Shown here: one piece after another, positions 60,760 through 64,000 of the stretch
How the letters are laid out: every line of letters begins with the position of its first letter
Position numbering within the stretch: position 1 is the first letter of the stretch
NCBI GenBank assembly: GCA_020845895.1
Contig: JADLEX010000125.1
Span: forward strand, 49,729 to 113,728
DNA from: Deltaproteobacteria bacterium
Lineage (GTDB): Bacteria; Lernaellota; Lernaellaia; JACKCT01
Direction: 5' to 3'
Length of the DNA stretch: 64,000 nt
Program-made: the position numbers and the translations under genes
The notes under the pieces: model-generated
What the model was told of the DNA's origin: nothing
Seen by the model: the letters and a program-made list of their open reading frames with translations, nothing else
Databases searched by the model: none

Positions 60760-62400
60760 ATGGTAACGAACGGGCAGCTTTGCCAGTCGTGCGGCGCTTC
60801 GATCGGCTCGTCGGACGAGATCTGCCCGGCGTGCGGCGCGAAGACCGCCGTCGCGGTGCGTCGCGAGGAGGCCGAACGCGAGCTCGCCGCGCGGCTCGAG
60901 TCGGTCCCCGAACATCTTTCCCTGAAAATCCGCGAACTGCGCGCGCGCCACGAGGACAATCCCCAATCGGTGGCGACGTGCATTCAGCTTTCCGGCTCCT
61001 TCAACGACGCGGAGATGAAGGACGAGGCGATCCGCTGGATGGAGCGCGCGATCGCACTCGACCCGACGAACAAGTTTCTCGACCAGAAACTCCGCACGCT
61101 CATCGGCGGCGTCGATCTCGTGGGTGAAACGCGGGAGGTGGCGCGCGAGGTGGAGCGCGCCTCGGCCTCGACGAAAAGAGCCGTTCGGATCGTGGGCATC
61201 GCCGTTGCCGCCGTCGTTGTCGTCGTGATCGGCGTCATCGCTTACCGGGCGGCGTTTCCCTCGATCTACAAAGTCGCGGGCTTCGACAAGGAGGACGCGC
61301 TCTCGCCGAAATTTGCGCCCGACGGACGCGCGATCGCCTACGTGCGCGCGCCCAAATTCACCGTCTTCGGCATCGTGGACGCCATGGCCGGGCAGGACAC
61401 CGGCGAAACGGTGCTGGAGGTCGTCGCCCCCGGAGAGTCGCCGCGCCGGATCGCGTCGTCGAACGACGGCGTGTTCCTCGATTACGAATGGGTGCCGGAC
61501 ACGGACGAGCTGTCGTACGTCGCCTATGACCGCGAGACGACGCGGCCGATTTTGCGTCGCGTCAAGCCGGACGGCGAGGGCGCGGCGATTGCGAACACCA
61601 CCGACTTCGCGTGGTCGCCCGACGGGCGGCGCGTCGCGTATGTCGCGCACTACGACTGGGACGGCCCCGGCGCAATCCACCCCGGCCAGCAGGCGGGCGC
61701 GCTTTACGTGGCCGATTCCGATGGCACGTCGCCCAGGCAAATCGTCGATCTGCGTTGCTCGCATCCGTCGTGGTCGCGCGACAGGCGCATGATCGCGTTC
61801 CATGCCGAGCCGCGCTGGGACGCCGCCGCGGCGCACGCGATGGTGGGCGGCGATCGGGATGGCGTATGGGATCTCTACGTCGGCGACATCTACGTGCACC
61901 ATCTCGATTCGGGCGAGACGCGGCGGCTGACGACCGGCGGCAAGGCGCAGCGCGCGATCTTCACGCCCGATGCCAACCGCGTGGCATATCTGGCATACGC
62001 GGGCGACACCGAGAGCTTCGACAACGAACTGCGCGTCGCCGGCATCGACGGCACGGACGACCGCGTGCTCCTGTCGAAGGGCGCGGAGTACGAGGGCTTC
62101 CGCTCCTTCGCGTTTCATCCCGGCGGCGAGTGGCTGGTGTTCGAGGGCGTCTTCGTGAATCCGAACAAACCCCGCGCCGCGTCCGCCCAGTCGCCGCTCG
62201 GCCTGATCGGCGGTCAGACGAACTACGTCTCCGATCTGTTCGCGGTGCGTCTCGATGGCGCCGGTCTGCACCGGCTGCCCAAACGCAAGTTCGAGTACCG
62301 TCGCGGGCCGAGCTTTTCTTCCGACGGCAAGCAGCTCGCGTTCGAGGTGGAGTTTCTGGAGATGCGCCGCGAGGCGTGGGCGATGAAATGGGAGGATTGA
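60760..62400 (+). CDS. TolB-like (PD40) beta-propeller protein with N-terminal zinc ribbon and TM anchor
   Basis: N-terminal CQSCG...CPACG, a TM helix, and repeated PD40-type motifs (FAPDGRAIAYV, WSPDGRRVAYVA, FTPDANRVAYLA, FSSDGKQLAFEV). Confidence 0.7.
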   Translation: MVTNGQLCQSCGASIGSSDEICPACGAKTAVAVRREEAERELAARLESVPEHLSLKIRELRARHEDNPQSVATCIQLSGSFNDAEMKDEAIRWMERAIALDPTNKFLDQKLRTLIGGVDLVGETREVAREVERASASTKRAVRIVGIAVAAVVVVVIGVIAYRAAFPSIYKVAGFDKEDALSPKFAPDGRAIAYVRAPKFTVFGIVDAMAGQDTGETVLEVVAPGESPRRIASSNDGVFLDYEWVPDTDELSYVAYDRETTRPILRRVKPDGEGAAIANTTDFAWSPDGRRVAYVAHYDWDGPGAIHPGQQAGALYVADSDGTSPRQIVDLRCSHPSWSRDRRMIAFHAEPRWDAAAAHAMVGGDRDGVWDLYVGDIYVHHLDSGETRRLTTGGKAQRAIFTPDANRVAYLAYAGDTESFDNELRVAGIDGTDDRVLLSKGAEYEGFRSFAFHPGGEWLVFEGVFVNPNKPRAASAQSPLGLIGGQTNYVSDLFAVRLDGAGLHRLPKRKFEYRRGPSFSSDGKQLAFEVEFLEMRREAWAMKWED

Positions 62401-62425
62401 CGCGCGACGCGCGGCGGGAGGCGGC

Positions 62426-63934
62426 GTGTTTCTGATCGTTCCCGTGGGGCACGACGAGGCGAGGGTGCGTCGCCTGCCCGTGGCGACGATCGCGATTGTG
62501 GTCGTCAACGTGCTCGTCTTCGCGCTGACGATCGGCGCGATCAACGCGCAGGAAGAGAAGATCGCCGCGACGCGCGAGGCCCTCGACGCGCTCAAGATGC
62601 GCGCGTTTCTGGAACTCGAAGGCGGCGGCGCGCGCGGCATGGGCGCGATGGCAAACGTCATCGTCGATGCCAAGGCGCGCAATCTGCACGACCTGGGCGA
62701 GAAGGTGCGCGCGCGCGTGGACGATTTTTGGACCGCGTTCACCGCGGGCGAAAAGGTGAGCGAGCATCACCCGCTCTTCGTCGAATACCGCGAGCTGTCC
62801 GAGACGCTCGCGCGCACGATGCGCGATTCCGTCGTCACGCGCTGGGGACTCGTGCCCGCGGATTTCTCCGTCGTGAACGCCCTCACCAGCACGTTCCTGC
62901 ACGGCGGCTACCTGCACCTCATCGGCAACATGCTGCTGCTCGTGCTCGCCGGTGCGGTGCTCGAAGACGTGCTCGGCGTCGCGCTCTACCTCGGGCTCTA
63001 TCTCGCGGCGGGTTTTGCCGGGGCGGGCGCGCACGCGCTGGCGGCCGCCGGGTCCATCGAGCCGTGCATCGGCGCGTCGGGCGCGGTGGCGGGGCTGATG
63101 GGCGCGTTCCTCGTTCGCTTCTTCCGCGCGAAGATCCGCTTCTGGTACTTCGTCCTCATCATTTTCCGACCGATTTGGGGCACCGTCTCGCTGCCGGCGT
63201 TCGTGGTCCTGCCGATCTGGTTCGCGACGCAGCTCGCGCAGGGCGCGGGGTTCGCGCTGGAGGCCGACAACATCGCCTACATGGCGCACGTCGGCGGGTT
63301 CGTGCTGGGCGTCGCCGTGGCGGGCGCGATGCGGCTGGTCGGCGTCGGCCGCGAGAGCGCGGGCGAAGAGGCCGATGCCGAGATCCGCGACATCCGCGAG
63401 AGCTCGATGAACACGAGCACGGAACATCTCGCGGCGCACCGCGCGCTCACCGAGGGGCGGTTCGAGGACGCCGTCGCGCTGCTCACGCTGCTGCTCGAGC
63501 AGCGGCCCGAAAGTGTGACGACGCGCCTGTCGCTCGTTCGCGCGCTGCTGGCCGCGGGGCGCGAACGCGAGGCGGGCGAGCACGCCCTCGCCCTGGCGAC
63601 GCGACTCGGCGAAACCGGCAACCTGCCGCTGCTGCGCGAACTCGCCGATTCGCTCGCCCACGCGACGCACCTGGGCGAAACGGCGGCCCGCGTGGTGTAT
63701 CAGGCGGCAAGGACGTTCGACGAACAAAAGGATTTCGTGGAGGCGCTGCGCCGCTACGACGACTTCGCCGCGCGCTTCGCCGATTCGCCGCTCGCGCCCA
63801 AGGCGCTCTATCGCACGATCACGCTGTCGCGGGAAAAGTTACAGGACCCGACCGGCGCGCGCGAACGCATCGTGCGGCTTCGCGAACGCTACGGCGATCA
63901 TCCGCTGGCGAGGGAGTTCGCGGCGAGTCCGTGA
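62426..63934 (+). CDS. Rhomboid-family intramembrane serine protease with C-terminal TPR repeats
   Basis: GASGAVAGLMGAF (GxSG) and AHVGGFVLG (catalytic His) in TM helices, with a C-terminal TPR-like region. Confidence 0.8.
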   Translation: MFLIVPVGHDEARVRRLPVATIAIVVVNVLVFALTIGAINAQEEKIAATREALDALKMRAFLELEGGGARGMGAMANVIVDAKARNLHDLGEKVRARVDDFWTAFTAGEKVSEHHPLFVEYRELSETLARTMRDSVVTRWGLVPADFSVVNALTSTFLHGGYLHLIGNMLLLVLAGAVLEDVLGVALYLGLYLAAGFAGAGAHALAAAGSIEPCIGASGAVAGLMGAFLVRFFRAKIRFWYFVLIIFRPIWGTVSLPAFVVLPIWFATQLAQGAGFALEADNIAYMAHVGGFVLGVAVAGAMRLVGVGRESAGEEADAEIRDIRESSMNTSTEHLAAHRALTEGRFEDAVALLTLLLEQRPESVTTRLSLVRALLAAGREREAGEHALALATRLGETGNLPLLRELADSLAHATHLGETAARVVYQAARTFDEQKDFVEALRRYDDFAARFADSPLAPKALYRTITLSREKLQDPTGARERIVRLRERYGDHPLAREFAASP

Positions 63935-64000
63935 CGGCTCGACTCCCTCACTCCTCGATGGTGGTCGCCATCCTCACGTCCGTCTCGCCATTCGCACGCA

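Noticed and set aside
63946-64000. Possible 3' end of a minus-strand gene at the window edge (...ANGETDVRMATTIEE-stop)
   Set aside because: Only about 18 codons are visible. That is too short to call.

Overview
Summary. This is a 64 kb, high-GC (about 65-70%) chromosomal segment from a Gram-negative bacterium. It is lipoprotein/TPR/OMP-rich, looks deltaproteobacterial or Myxococcota-like, and uses selenocysteine. Gene density is high and many neighbouring genes share ATGA/TGATG stop-start overlaps, which I used as operon evidence.

Backbone genes. A penicillin-acylase-family gene is cut at the window start. Also present: a DegT-family aminotransferase; the conserved dprA-topA-trmFO cluster; TldD-like peptidase; KamA-family radical-SAM protein plus a PLP aminotransferase; three tandem OMP beta-barrel paralogs; TPR lipoproteins; mutS2; a tryptophanase/TPL-like lyase; saccharopine dehydrogenase-like enzyme; an NfeD-flotillin operon; an RRM RNA-binding protein; serS; cstA; lon-hsp20; an HD-GYP sensor; a 10x zinc-ribbon repeat protein; a TolB-like propeller; and a rhomboid-TPR protease.

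Accessory or unusual content, in window order:
1. A minus-strand operon: ArsR-rhodanese regulator -> sulfide:quinone oxidoreductase -> DsrE/YchN-like gene -> NifS-like cysteine desulfurase. The DsrE/YchN-like gene carries an in-frame TGA at the family's conserved Cys position. Immediately downstream is a hairpin with a GGUCU apical loop, matching the E. coli fdhF SECIS loop. I read this as a probable selenoprotein sulfur/selenium relay module. A perfect inverted-repeat operator candidate sits upstream of the regulator.
2. A 1.1 kb AT-rich (about 40% GC) gene encoding a TcmP-like (three-Cys-motif partner) protein with SAM-methyltransferase-like motifs. It is translationally coupled to a GC-rich phage Gp37/Gp68 (DUF5131) three-Cys-motif protein and driven by its own sigma70-like promoter. 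The pair's function is uncharacterized; it could be a nucleic-acid modification or defence module.
3. An AbiEi/AbiEii type IV TA/abortive-infection cassette bracketed by about 45-bp direct repeats that duplicate the 3' end of lon. This is the signature of a site-specific insertion.

Smaller observations. A lipoprotein family shares signal peptide + poly-Asp linker. A 25-bp x3 tandem repeat duplicates an OMP C-terminal beta-signal. There are REP-like palindromes and two probable frameshifted genes, one at an AAAAAG slippery run. There is a 36-aa Lys-rich sORF, and the KamA-like enzyme has an N-terminal extension. No rRNA, tRNA or CRISPR was found.

All calls come from reading translations and DNA by eye. 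No database searches were run.
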